From Oscillospiraceae bacterium (lineage in GTDB: Bacteria > Bacillota > Clostridia > Oscillospirales > UBA929), in the NCBI GenBank assembly GCA_031265355.1, contig JAISCT010000064.1, positions 1,254 through 65,253 of the forward strand: a DNA stretch of 64,000 nt, given 5' to 3'. Made by a program: the position numbers and the translations under genes. A model generated the notes under the pieces. The model made no database searches and was not told the DNA's origin. It was given only the letters and a program-made list of their open reading frames with translations. This document shows, in pieces, positions 7,175 through 15,326 of the stretch; positions within the stretch are counted from its first letter, which is position 1; every line of letters starts with the position of its first letter.

Positions 7175-9577
7175 TCATTTCCCTGCAATCAGGTTGATCA
7201 GCTTGTCCTTCACATAAATGTGGCGCGTGACGCGCCGCCCGTCCAATGTCTTCCGGATACGCGGCTCGGCCAGCGCGGCGGCCAGCACATCTTCGTCCGC
7301 CGCCCCGGTGGGGATCACGACGGTGGCGCGCAGCTTGCCGCCCACCTGGACAGCGATCTCCACCTCGTCCTCCACCGTCTTGGCTGGGTCAAAGGCCGGC
7401 CAGGGTTCCCGTACGACAAACCCCTTACAGCCCAACTGTTCCCACATCTCCTCGCAGATGTGCGGGGCGAAGGGCGAGAGCAGTGTGAGCAGGACCCGCA
7501 GGTCCCCCTTTGTCACGCCCGTCTCATAAAAGCGGTTGACGAGGGCCATCAGCGCGGCGATGGCGGTATTGAACTTGAGGTGCTCGATATCCTCCCCCAC
7601 CTTCCGGATGGCTCGGTGGATTTCCGCCTCGTGCGCTGTGGAAATTTCACCCGGCGCCGTCCGGTCCAGCAACCCCCACACCCGCTCCAAAAAGCGGCGG
7701 CAGCCCTTGACGGCCTGAGGGGACCAGGACGCGGCCTTTTCGAAGTCTCCGATGAACAGAATATACAGGCGCATGGTGTCGGCGCCGTATTGATCCACAA
7801 TCTCGTTCGGGCTGACGACGTTGCCGCGCGACTTCGACATCTTCTCCCCGCCCTCGCCGAGGATCATCCCATGGCTGGTGCGGCGGACGTAGGGCTCCGG
7901 CGTCTCGACGACGCCGATGTCGTAAAGAAACTTGTGCCAAAAACGGGAGTAGAGCAGGTGCAGCGTCGTATGCTCCATCCCGCCGTTGTACCAGTCAACC
8001 GGCATGTAGCGGCGCGCCAGCGCGCCGTCCACCGCCGCGGCCTCGTTCTTCGGGTCGATGTAGCGCAGAAAATACCACGACGAACCGGCCCACTGGGGCA
8101 TCGTGTCCGTCTCTCGCTCGGCGGGCCCACCGCACCGCGGGCAGACGGCGTCGACCCAGTCGCGCATCTTGGACAGCGGGCTCTCGCCGGTGTCCGTCGG
8201 CTCGTAGGAGGCTACCTCCGGGAGCAGGAGCGGCAGCTCCGTCTCCGGCACCGGCACCGCGCCGCAGGCGGGGCAGTGCAGCACCGGGATGGGCTCGCCC
8301 CAGTAGCGCTGCCGGGAAAACACCCAATCCCGCAGCTTGTAGTTCGTGACAGCCCGACCCAGCCCTTTGCCGACCAACCATTCGATCATCTTTGCCTTGG
8401 CCTGCCGCACCTCCATCCCGTTCAAAAAACCGGAATTGACGAGCGTGCCGGTCTCCACGTCGGCGAACGCGGCGGCCTGCACATCGCCGCCGGCCACCAC
8501 CTCGACAATGGGCAACCCGAACGTGCGGGCAAAATCCCAGTCCCGCTCATCGTGCCCGGGCACCGCCATGATGGCGCCCGTGCCGTAGCTCATCAGCACG
8601 TAGTCCGACACAAAGATGGGGATCACCCCGCCGGTGGCCGGGTTCACGGCATCCACGCCAAGAAGGCGCACACCCGTCTTATCCTTCTGGAGCTCCGTGC
8701 GCTCAAAGTCCGACTTGCGCGCCGCCGACGCGCGGTAAGCGGCCACCTCATCGTAGTTTTCGAGTTTGCCCCGCCATGCCTCCACATAGGGGTGCTCCGG
8801 AGAGATGACCATGTAGGTCGCGCCGAACAGCGTATCCGGGCGTGTCGTGTACACCCTGAGCGCCTCGCCGGCCGTGGTGGCAAAATCGACGTCCGCGCCC
8901 TCCGACCGGCCGATCCAATTGCGCTGCTGCGCCTTGACCCGCTCCGGATATTCCACGAGGCCGAGGTCATCCAGCAGCCGTTGGGCATACGCCGTGATCT
9001 TCAGCATCCACTGGCTCTTCTCGCGGCGCACCACCTCGCTGCCGCACCGCTCGCATACGCCGTCGACCACCTCTTCATTCGCCAGCACACACTTGCAGGA
9101 TGTGCACCAGTTGACTGGCATCCTCGCTTTGTAGGCGAGTCCGTGCTCTAACAGCCTCAGGAAGATCCACTGCGTCCATCGGTAGTAGCCTGGGTCGGTC
9201 GTATTGACCTCGCGATCCCAGTCAAACGAATACCCCATCATGTTGATCTGGCTCTTGAAGAAGGTGATGTTGCGCCGCGTCACCTCGGCGGGGTGGATCT
9301 TATTGGCGATGGCGTAGTTCTCCGTGGGTAAGCCGAAGGCGTCCCACCCCATTGGGAACAACACGTCAAAGCCCTGCATGCGCCGGCGGCGGGCCACCAC
9401 GTCCATGGCCGTGTACGGGCGGGCGTGCCCGACATGCAGCCCATTGCCGGACGGGTAGGGGAATTCAACCAGCACATAGTATTTCTTTTTTCTGGGGTCG
9501 CCGTCCGTGCGATAGACGCTCTCGCGCGCCCAGCACGCCTGCCATTTTTGTTCGATGCTCCGACTGTCGTACTGCAA
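7175..9577 (-). CDS. leuS: Leucine--tRNA ligase
   Basis: Carries the HIGH-type motif (PYPSGNGLHVGHA), KMSKS, and an overall LeuS sequence. The probable TTG start at 9577 (RBS GGGAG) is preferred over the track ATG at 9622. Confidence 0.95.
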   Translation of the reverse strand: MQYDSRSIEQKWQACWARESVYRTDGDPRKKKYYVLVEFPYPSGNGLHVGHARPYTAMDVVARRRRMQGFDVLFPMGWDAFGLPTENYAIANKIHPAEVTRRNITFFKSQINMMGYSFDWDREVNTTDPGYYRWTQWIFLRLLEHGLAYKARMPVNWCTSCKCVLANEEVVDGVCERCGSEVVRREKSQWMLKITAYAQRLLDDLGLVEYPERVKAQQRNWIGRSEGADVDFATTAGEALRVYTTRPDTLFGATYMVISPEHPYVEAWRGKLENYDEVAAYRASAARKSDFERTELQKDKTGVRLLGVDAVNPATGGVIPIFVSDYVLMSYGTGAIMAVPGHDERDWDFARTFGLPIVEVVAGGDVQAAAFADVETGTLVNSGFLNGMEVRQAKAKMIEWLVGKGLGRAVTNYKLRDWVFSRQRYWGEPIPVLHCPACGAVPVPETELPLLLPEVASYEPTDTGESPLSKMRDWVDAVCPRCGGPAERETDTMPQWAGSSWYFLRYIDPKNEAAAVDGALARRYMPVDWYNGGMEHTTLHLLYSRFWHKFLYDIGVVETPEPYVRRTSHGMILGEGGEKMSKSRGNVVSPNEIVDQYGADTMRLYILFIGDFEKAASWSPQAVKGCRRFLERVWGLLDRTAPGEISTAHEAEIHRAIRKVGEDIEHLKFNTAIAALMALVNRFYETGVTKGDLRVLLTLLSPFAPHICEEMWEQLGCKGFVVREPWPAFDPAKTVEDEVEIAVQVGGKLRATVVIPTGAADEDVLAAALAEPRIRKTLDGRRVTRHIYVKDKLINLIAGK

Positions 9578-9658
9578 ACAACCATCTCCCAAGGCCCGGG
9601 CGCTCCTCCCGGGCTTTTGCACGCGATATCGCGTATTTTATATTTTCTTCCGGGCGCG

Positions 9659-10018
9659 TCAATCCTCCGGGAAGACCACTGCGGCCGCGTCGCTCCAGAG
9701 GCGTTCCAGCGCATAGAAGTTTCGCGTGTCCCGCAGGAACAGATGCGCCACCACGCCGGCATAATCCATCAGCAGCCAGTTGCCCGACCGCTGCCCCTCA
9801 ATGTGATGGGGGAGGACGCCCTGTTCTTTGAGTCCCCGCTCCATCTCTTCCGCCAATGTCCGCAGGTGGACCGCGGAAGTGCCGGTACAGATGACAAAGT
9901 AGTCGGCAAGTATGGTCAGATCAGCGACCTCCATCACGCGGATATCCTCCGCTTTCTTGGCGTCGGCGATCTTCGCCAGTGTCAGCGCTATCTCTTTGGA
10001 CGTCAAGGGTATCCCCAT
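9659..10018 (-). CDS. rsfS: Ribosome silencing factor RsfS (iojap family)
   Basis: Sequence AKIADAKKAEDIRVMEVADLTILADYFVICTGTSAVHLRTLAEE is typical of RsfS. The start is uncertain (ATG 10018, a nearby TTG, or the track start 10048). Confidence 0.85.
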   Translation of the reverse strand: MGIPLTSKEIALTLAKIADAKKAEDIRVMEVADLTILADYFVICTGTSAVHLRTLAEEMERGLKEQGVLPHHIEGQRSGNWLLMDYAGVVAHLFLRDTRNFYALERLWSDAAAVVFPED

Positions 10019-10076
10019 CTCCTTCGTGTTGGTCTGTGCGGACCGCAAGCGCCTTGGACTCTGGACTCACAGCCTA

Positions 10077-11321
10077 CTAATTGCTGCGCAGGCGGCTGAT
10101 GTTCACGTTCTCCGCGGCAATGTCCTTTGTGAACGGGTTGATGGTCTCGTTGATGAGTTTCAGCGCCTCGTCCCGGTAGACCAGCACATAGTTGACCCCC
10201 TGGTAAAAAGCGCGCGGATCGCCCGGCAGCGTGTAGAAAGTGATGCTGTCCTCCTCCAATTTCAGGAGCTCCTGCCCAAACCAAATCATCTGCCCCAGAC
10301 TGAGGTCGGTCCGGAGGTTCTCCTGCGCGATGGCGGCAAACTCCGGCAGCTTGAAAATGTGTTTGACGGAGATGAGCTGCTTGAAAGCTTCCGTCAGAAA
10401 GGCCTGCTGCACCTCCACCCGTTTCAGATCCCCCTCGGCATACGTGCTGCGGAAGCGCACGAGCTGGATGGCCTTATCGCCGTTCAAGGTCTGCCGGCCT
10501 TTCTTCAGGTTGACGTACAAGTTCTGCGACGGATCGGAGTAGTGCATATCCTGGGGCACGTCGAACTCGACGCCGTTCATCGCGTCCACCAGCCGCACAA
10601 AGCCCTTGAGATCGACAACGGCGTAGGCATCTGGCACAAAACCGATGACGGTCTTGAGCTCTGTGCGCAGCTGCCCGATCGCGCCGGCCACGCGTTCACT
10701 TTTGTCCTCGCTGCGCGCGTTCATCCCCACACCCCACGCGGCGTTGATCTTTTTGTTGGCGCGCCGCACGGCGACCTGCGTGTCGCGCGGGATCGCCAGC
10801 ACATTGAGTTCCCCTTTGACCGTGTCGAGCGCCGCCACCATCAGCACGTCGGTGTGGTAGTCGTCCATGTCGGTACCGGCCAGGATGATCGTATACACGC
10901 CTTCGCGACGGCCCTCCGGCGTGACCGGGCGCGGCGTGACCGCCCCCGGCGACGGCGTCGGCGCGGACGTGACGCCGTCGGATACCGGGTCCTGCGGGAG
11001 AGGCTCAGGCTCCATCTGTCCGCGCTCGGGCGGGGTAATCACCGAATTGGCGAGGTACAGGCAGCCCGCCAGCACCAGCCCCGCCAGCGCCGCGCCGCTC
11101 GGAATTAACCAACGCAGCCGCATCCGCCACATCTTTTTCCCTGCGCGCCACGCGGAAACTGGCGCCCCCTCCGGTCCGCCGGATATCTCTGGGAGAAACT
11201 CCGGTGCGGCCGGCTGGTTTTCCGTTGAAATCTCCGGCTGGATCGGATCCTCCTGGGGGGCGGCGGATGTGCGCGGTTTTTCTCTTTTTCCCATCTTCAT
11301 CTCTTCATCGCGCTCCTCCAT
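10077..11321 (-). CDS. LCP (LytR-CpsA-Psr) family cell-wall polymer transferase, paralog 2
   Basis: Has an N-terminal TM anchor and the LCP core YTIILAGTDMDDYHTDVLMVAALD...LAIPRDTQV. The exact start is uncertain. Confidence 0.85.
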   Translation of the reverse strand: MEERDEEMKMGKREKPRTSAAPQEDPIQPEISTENQPAAPEFLPEISGGPEGAPVSAWRAGKKMWRMRLRWLIPSGAALAGLVLAGCLYLANSVITPPERGQMEPEPLPQDPVSDGVTSAPTPSPGAVTPRPVTPEGRREGVYTIILAGTDMDDYHTDVLMVAALDTVKGELNVLAIPRDTQVAVRRANKKINAAWGVGMNARSEDKSERVAGAIGQLRTELKTVIGFVPDAYAVVDLKGFVRLVDAMNGVEFDVPQDMHYSDPSQNLYVNLKKGRQTLNGDKAIQLVRFRSTYAEGDLKRVEVQQAFLTEAFKQLISVKHIFKLPEFAAIAQENLRTDLSLGQMIWFGQELLKLEEDSITFYTLPGDPRAFYQGVNYVLVYRDEALKLINETINPFTKDIAAENVNISRLRSN

Positions 11322-11349
11322 GCCGAATTTTGTCCGCGGCGGCGGGTTC

Positions 11350-12489
11350 CTACTTTTTGCCGTCGTCGCGCAGATGGTTGATGTTTACATTTTCCTTGGT
11401 GATCTGCTTTGTGAACGGATTGACGGTCTCGTTGATGAGTTTCAGCGCCTCGTCCCGGTAGATCAGCACATAGTTAACATCTCGATAGTAGGCGCCCGGA
11501 TCGCCCGGCAGCGTGTGGAAGGCGATGCTTCCGTCCTCCAACTTCATAAGTTCCTGACCAAACCAGATCATCTGCCCCACACTGAGATCGGTTCGGAGGT
11601 TCTCCTGCGCGATGGCGGCAAACTCCGGCAGCTTGAAAATATGCTTGACAGAGAGGAGCTGTTTGAAGACCGCCGTCAGAAACGCCTGCTGCACCTCCAC
11701 CCGTTTTAGATCCCCCTCGCGGTAGCGCCGGAAGCGCACGAGCTGGATGGCCTTATCGCCGTCCAGCCTCTGCAAACCTTTTTTTAGGTTGATGTTGAGA
11801 TTCTGCGACGGGTCGGAGTAGCGCATGTTTTGGGGCACGTCGAACTCGACGCCGTCCATCGCGTCCACCAGTTTTTTAAAGCCGTTTAAGTCGACGACGG
11901 CGTAGGCGTCCGGCACAAAGCCGATGACGGTCTTGAGCTCCGCGCGCAACTGCTCAACCGCGCCGACCGTACGCTCGCTCTTGTCCCCTTTGCGCGCGTT
12001 CATGCCCACACCCCAGGCGGCGTTGATCTTTTTGTTCGCGCGCTTGACGGCGACCTGCGTATCGCGCGGAATGCTCAGCACGTCGAGCTTTTTGTTTTTC
12101 GTATCGAGCGCCGCCACCATCAGCGTGTCGGTGTGGTAGTCTCCCATGTCGGTACCGGCCAGGATGATCGTGTACACACCCTCGCGGCGACCCGCCGGCG
12201 TGACCGGGCGCGGCGTGACCGCTCCGTCGGATACGGGCGCCGTGACGCCGTCGTCCAGAGGGTCTTGGTCGGCGATGTGCGGTCCGTCCGGCCGCGTGTC
12301 GGGCGGAGCGATCACTGAGTTTGTGAGGTGCAGGTACCCCGCCCAACCCAGGCAGATGACGCCGATACAGAGAAGACCCAAAAAGATGGGACGAAACGGC
12401 CGTTTCCCGGCCGTTTTCTCTTTCGGCGTCTTTTTGGCTTTCTTGTCTTTTTCGGAAGCGGACATGAGTCTTTTCCCGGTTTTTTTCAT
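11350..12489 (-). CDS. LCP (LytR-CpsA-Psr) family cell-wall polymer transferase, paralog 1
   Basis: Same core as paralog 2 (YTIILAGTDMGDYHTDTLMVAALD). ATG 12489 follows RBS GAGGAG and is preferred over the track start 12504. Confidence 0.85.
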   Translation of the reverse strand: MKKTGKRLMSASEKDKKAKKTPKEKTAGKRPFRPIFLGLLCIGVICLGWAGYLHLTNSVIAPPDTRPDGPHIADQDPLDDGVTAPVSDGAVTPRPVTPAGRREGVYTIILAGTDMGDYHTDTLMVAALDTKNKKLDVLSIPRDTQVAVKRANKKINAAWGVGMNARKGDKSERTVGAVEQLRAELKTVIGFVPDAYAVVDLNGFKKLVDAMDGVEFDVPQNMRYSDPSQNLNINLKKGLQRLDGDKAIQLVRFRRYREGDLKRVEVQQAFLTAVFKQLLSVKHIFKLPEFAAIAQENLRTDLSVGQMIWFGQELMKLEDGSIAFHTLPGDPGAYYRDVNYVLIYRDEALKLINETVNPFTKQITKENVNINHLRDDGKK

Positions 12490-12532
12490 CGTCAGTCTCC
12501 TCATGCCGCCGCGCTGGCGCGGCGGGTCCGTC

Positions 12533-13090
12533 TTACAGCAGCGCGTTGCGCGCTGACAGCGTATCGGGGTGGATCATCCGGCCCTCGGCCAGCAGAAGCC
12601 GTATCGTCAAGTCCAGGCCCCACAGCAGCGCCGCGTCCAAGTCCTCATAGCACAAAGCGCGCAGAGCGCGCACCTCCGGGAACGCGCGCGTGGCGTCCAC
12701 ATAGTCCGCGAGGTATAAAATTTTCTCCAGCAGCGTCATCTCCGCCCGGCCCGTTGTGTGCCAGCGCACGGCGTCGCACACTGCCTTTTCCATGCCGAAT
12801 TCAAACCGAGCCACGGCGGCGCCGGTGACGGCGTGCATCAACTTGTGCTCCCTTCGTTCCCACGATTGTGTCACTATATCATACTTTGCGCACAATTTCA
12901 ACTGTTCCGCCGGCGTCAGCCCTTTGGTCACGTCATGCAGCAACGCCGCCCGGGCCGCCTGCCCGCGATCAGCGCCCCAACGTAGCGCCAGCATATCGAT
13001 TTCCTGCACCACGCCCAGCACATGGAGCCGGCGACGCCGGTCCGTGCGGGCCAGCACCGCCGCGCGCAGCGCCGTCAGGTCGTTTGGCAT
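12533..13090 (-). CDS. yqeK: HD-domain bis(5'-nucleosyl)-tetraphosphatase YqeK
   Basis: Has the HD motif (LLHDVTK) and the conserved nadD-yqeK pairing. It overlaps the nadD stop. Confidence 0.8.
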   Translation of the reverse strand: MPNDLTALRAAVLARTDRRRRLHVLGVVQEIDMLALRWGADRGQAARAALLHDVTKGLTPAEQLKLCAKYDIVTQSWERREHKLMHAVTGAAVARFEFGMEKAVCDAVRWHTTGRAEMTLLEKILYLADYVDATRAFPEVRALRALCYEDLDAALLWGLDLTIRLLLAEGRMIHPDTLSARNALL

Positions 13091-13701
13091 GCGTACAACC
13101 CCCTCGTTCGGATATAATCGAACACGCCGGCCGGCAGCAGCGCCGCTCCCTCGCCCCGGACCAGCTGCACGCGCAACGCAGATGAGGAGATCTCGACGGG
13201 TGTGTGCGGCACGATATTCACCGCGGCGTCAAAACGGTGTGTCAAAAACGCGGCCGTCTCCGCCACCGCCCGCTCCTGCCCGGCGGCGCGGACCAGTACG
13301 GCGATACGGGCCAGCGCAAAGATCTCCTCCGGCCGCCGCCATGTGGGCAGCATCAAAAACATGTCCGCTCCCACGATGAGCCACAGCCGCCCGGACGGCG
13401 ACGCCGCGCGCAGATGCCGCAACGTGTCCGCCGTGTAACTGACCTCCGGCCGGCTGAGCTCCCAGTCGGAGACCGCCACCCCCGGCAGCGAGGCAAAGGC
13501 GAGGCGCGCCATCGCGAGGCGGTCCTCCGGCGACGCCTGGGTCCGGTCCTTGTGCGGCGGCCGTCCGGTCGGCATGACAAGGATCCGCGCCGGCGCCAGC
13601 GCCGGCACCGCGGCCTCCAGCAGGCGCACATGGCCCACGTGCGGCGGATCGAACGTGCCGCCGAAGAGTCCCACGTCCCCCGTCACGGCGCCGGCGTCCA
13701 C
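13075..13701 (-). CDS. nadD: Nicotinate-nucleotide adenylyltransferase
   Basis: GLFGGTFDPPHVGH nucleotidyltransferase motif. Confidence 0.9.
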   Translation of the reverse strand: MDAGAVTGDVGLFGGTFDPPHVGHVRLLEAAVPALAPARILVMPTGRPPHKDRTQASPEDRLAMARLAFASLPGVAVSDWELSRPEVSYTADTLRHLRAASPSGRLWLIVGADMFLMLPTWRRPEEIFALARIAVLVRAAGQERAVAETAAFLTHRFDAAVNIVPHTPVEISSSALRVQLVRGEGAALLPAGVFDYIRTRGLYACQTT

Positions 13702-14267
13702 TGCCGCAGTAGCGCCCGGACGGCGCGGCCCCGGTGAGAGATCTTGTTCTTCTCGCCATCCGGTAGTTCAGCCATTGTTTTTCCATATTTTGTCAAATAA
13801 AACAGTGGGTCGTAACCAAACCCACCCGCGCCGCACGGCGCTCTGACAATTTCTCCTTCACACACGCCCTCCGCGGTGAACGCCCTTCCGTCAGGGAAAA
13901 GACAGATCAGCGCGCAGACAAAGCGTGCGGCGCGGTCCGTGCACCCCATAAGCGCCGCCAGCAATCGTTCGTTGCGATCCGCTGCGGAGAGGCCTGCTCC
14001 TCCGTAACGGGCCGAGAGAACCCCCGGCGCACCGCCCAGCGCGGCCACTTCGAGCCCCGAGTCGTCCGCCAACGCGGGCAGATCCGTAAACGCCAGCGCC
14101 GCCTCGGCCTTGAGACGGGCGTTGGCGGCAAACGTAGCGCCTGTCTCGTCGGGGGCAAAGACGACGCCAAACTCCGCAGGCAGGCGCAGCCGCACACCCA
14201 GCGGCGCGAGCAGCGATTCCATCTCGCGCCGCTTGCCCGGATTTCCGGTGGCGAACACCCATTCCAT
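13683..14267 (-). CDS. rdgB: dITP/XTP pyrophosphatase (HAM1/RdgB family)
   Basis: N-terminal FATGNPGKRREM plus FGYDPLF and KNKISHRGRA motifs. Confidence 0.9.
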   Translation of the reverse strand: MEWVFATGNPGKRREMESLLAPLGVRLRLPAEFGVVFAPDETGATFAANARLKAEAALAFTDLPALADDSGLEVAALGGAPGVLSARYGGAGLSAADRNERLLAALMGCTDRAARFVCALICLFPDGRAFTAEGVCEGEIVRAPCGAGGFGYDPLFYLTKYGKTMAELPDGEKNKISHRGRAVRALLRQWTPAP

Positions 14268-14270
14268 CAG

Positions 14271-15185
14271 TCAGTCCACCCCCAGCAGCGCTTCGACAAA
14301 CGCGCGCGGCTCAAACGGCATCAGGTCGTCCAGCTGCTCCCCCACGCCGACATACTTGACCGGCACCTGCAGTGCATCAGCCACGGCGACGACGATGCCG
14401 CCCTTGGCCGTGCCGTCGAGTTTGGTGAGCACCAACCCCGTAAGTCCGGTGGCGGCGGCAAATTCCCGCGCCTGTGAGAGCCCGTTTTGCCCGGTGGTCG
14501 CGTCGAGCACCAGCAGCGTCTCGCGGTCGGCGCCGGGCAGTTCCCGGTCGATGATCCGACTGATCTTTGCCAGTTCGTTCATCAGATTTTGCTTGTTGTG
14601 CAGACGCCCCGCCGTGTCGCAGAGCACCGCGTCGCAACCGCGCGCACGCGCCGCGGCGAGCGCGTCAAACACGACGGCGGCTGGATCCGCTCCCTCGTGC
14701 TGGCGGACGATGTCCGCGCCGGCGCGCTCGGCCCAGACGGCGAGCTGTTCCGCCGCCGCCGCGCGGAAGGTGTCTCCCGCGCACAGCAGCACACGGCGGC
14801 CTGCGGCGGCCAGATGCCCCGCCAGTTTCCCGATCGTGGTGGTCTTCCCCACCCCGTTGACGCCGATGACCAGAACCACCGACGGTTTGGTCTCCAGATG
14901 CAGCGACGAATCCCCCACCGACAGCCGCGCCGTCAAGATCTCTATCAGCGCCGCGCGCACGGCCTCCGGGCCTTTCAGCGACTCCTGCCGGCAGCGCGCC
15001 CGCAGCGCCTCCACAGCGCCGGCCGCCGAGGTCACGCCGAGGTCCGCCAAAATCAGCGCCTCCTCCAGCTCCTCAAAGAACACCTCGTCCATGCGGGAAA
15101 AACCGGTGAACAGGCCGCCCAACGTGCCGCCCACCGCCTGTCTCGTCTTGGAGAGGCCCCGTTTAATTTTGTCAAAAAAACCCAT
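14271..15185 (-). CDS. ftsY: Signal recognition particle receptor FtsY
   Basis: SRP GTPase motifs GVNGVGKTTTIGKLA, DTAGRLH and TKLDGTAKGG. ATG 15185 lies 6 nt after AGGAGG and is preferred over TTG 15191. Confidence 0.95.
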   Translation of the reverse strand: MGFFDKIKRGLSKTRQAVGGTLGGLFTGFSRMDEVFFEELEEALILADLGVTSAAGAVEALRARCRQESLKGPEAVRAALIEILTARLSVGDSSLHLETKPSVVLVIGVNGVGKTTTIGKLAGHLAAAGRRVLLCAGDTFRAAAAEQLAVWAERAGADIVRQHEGADPAAVVFDALAAARARGCDAVLCDTAGRLHNKQNLMNELAKISRIIDRELPGADRETLLVLDATTGQNGLSQAREFAAATGLTGLVLTKLDGTAKGGIVVAVADALQVPVKYVGVGEQLDDLMPFEPRAFVEALLGVD

Positions 15186-15235
15186 CTTCAACCTCCTGGG
15201 AAACTCTCGAACTCTTAATAAAAAGGGCCTCTAAC

Positions 15236-15306
15236 GTGGGCTGCACCTGCAACCCACAACCCAAATTCTTGTTTTTTGTTGCCGCTTCGCGGCAACAAGG
15301 TACTAA
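15236..15306 (+). repeat. Intergenic double-hairpin repeat, copy A
   Basis: About 94% identical (3 substitutions, 1 indel by hand alignment) to the reverse complement of 47073..47142. Contains GTGGGCTGCA-CC-TGCAACCCAC and TTGTTGCCGC-TTC-GCGGCAACAA. Confidence 0.85.
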
Positions 15307-15326
15307 TTACTTTCGCCAGAGGCTCC

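Noticed and set aside
6902-9151. 749-aa plus-strand ORF
   Set aside because: It lies entirely antisense to leuS, which has unmistakable synthetase motifs. Its sequence is Arg/Pro/Gly/His-rich and of low complexity, as expected for a GC-rich antisense frame.
9578-9658. Possible T-box leader or attenuator upstream of leuS; 14-nt palindrome ACGCGATATCGCGT (9621-9634) and hairpin GCCCGGG-AGGAGC-CCCGGGC
   Set aside because: The spacer between rsfS and leuS is only ~80 nt, too short for a T-box (about 200+ nt). I saw no specifier loop or T-box sequence. The palindromes may be minor processing or regulatory sites, but I cannot support a function.
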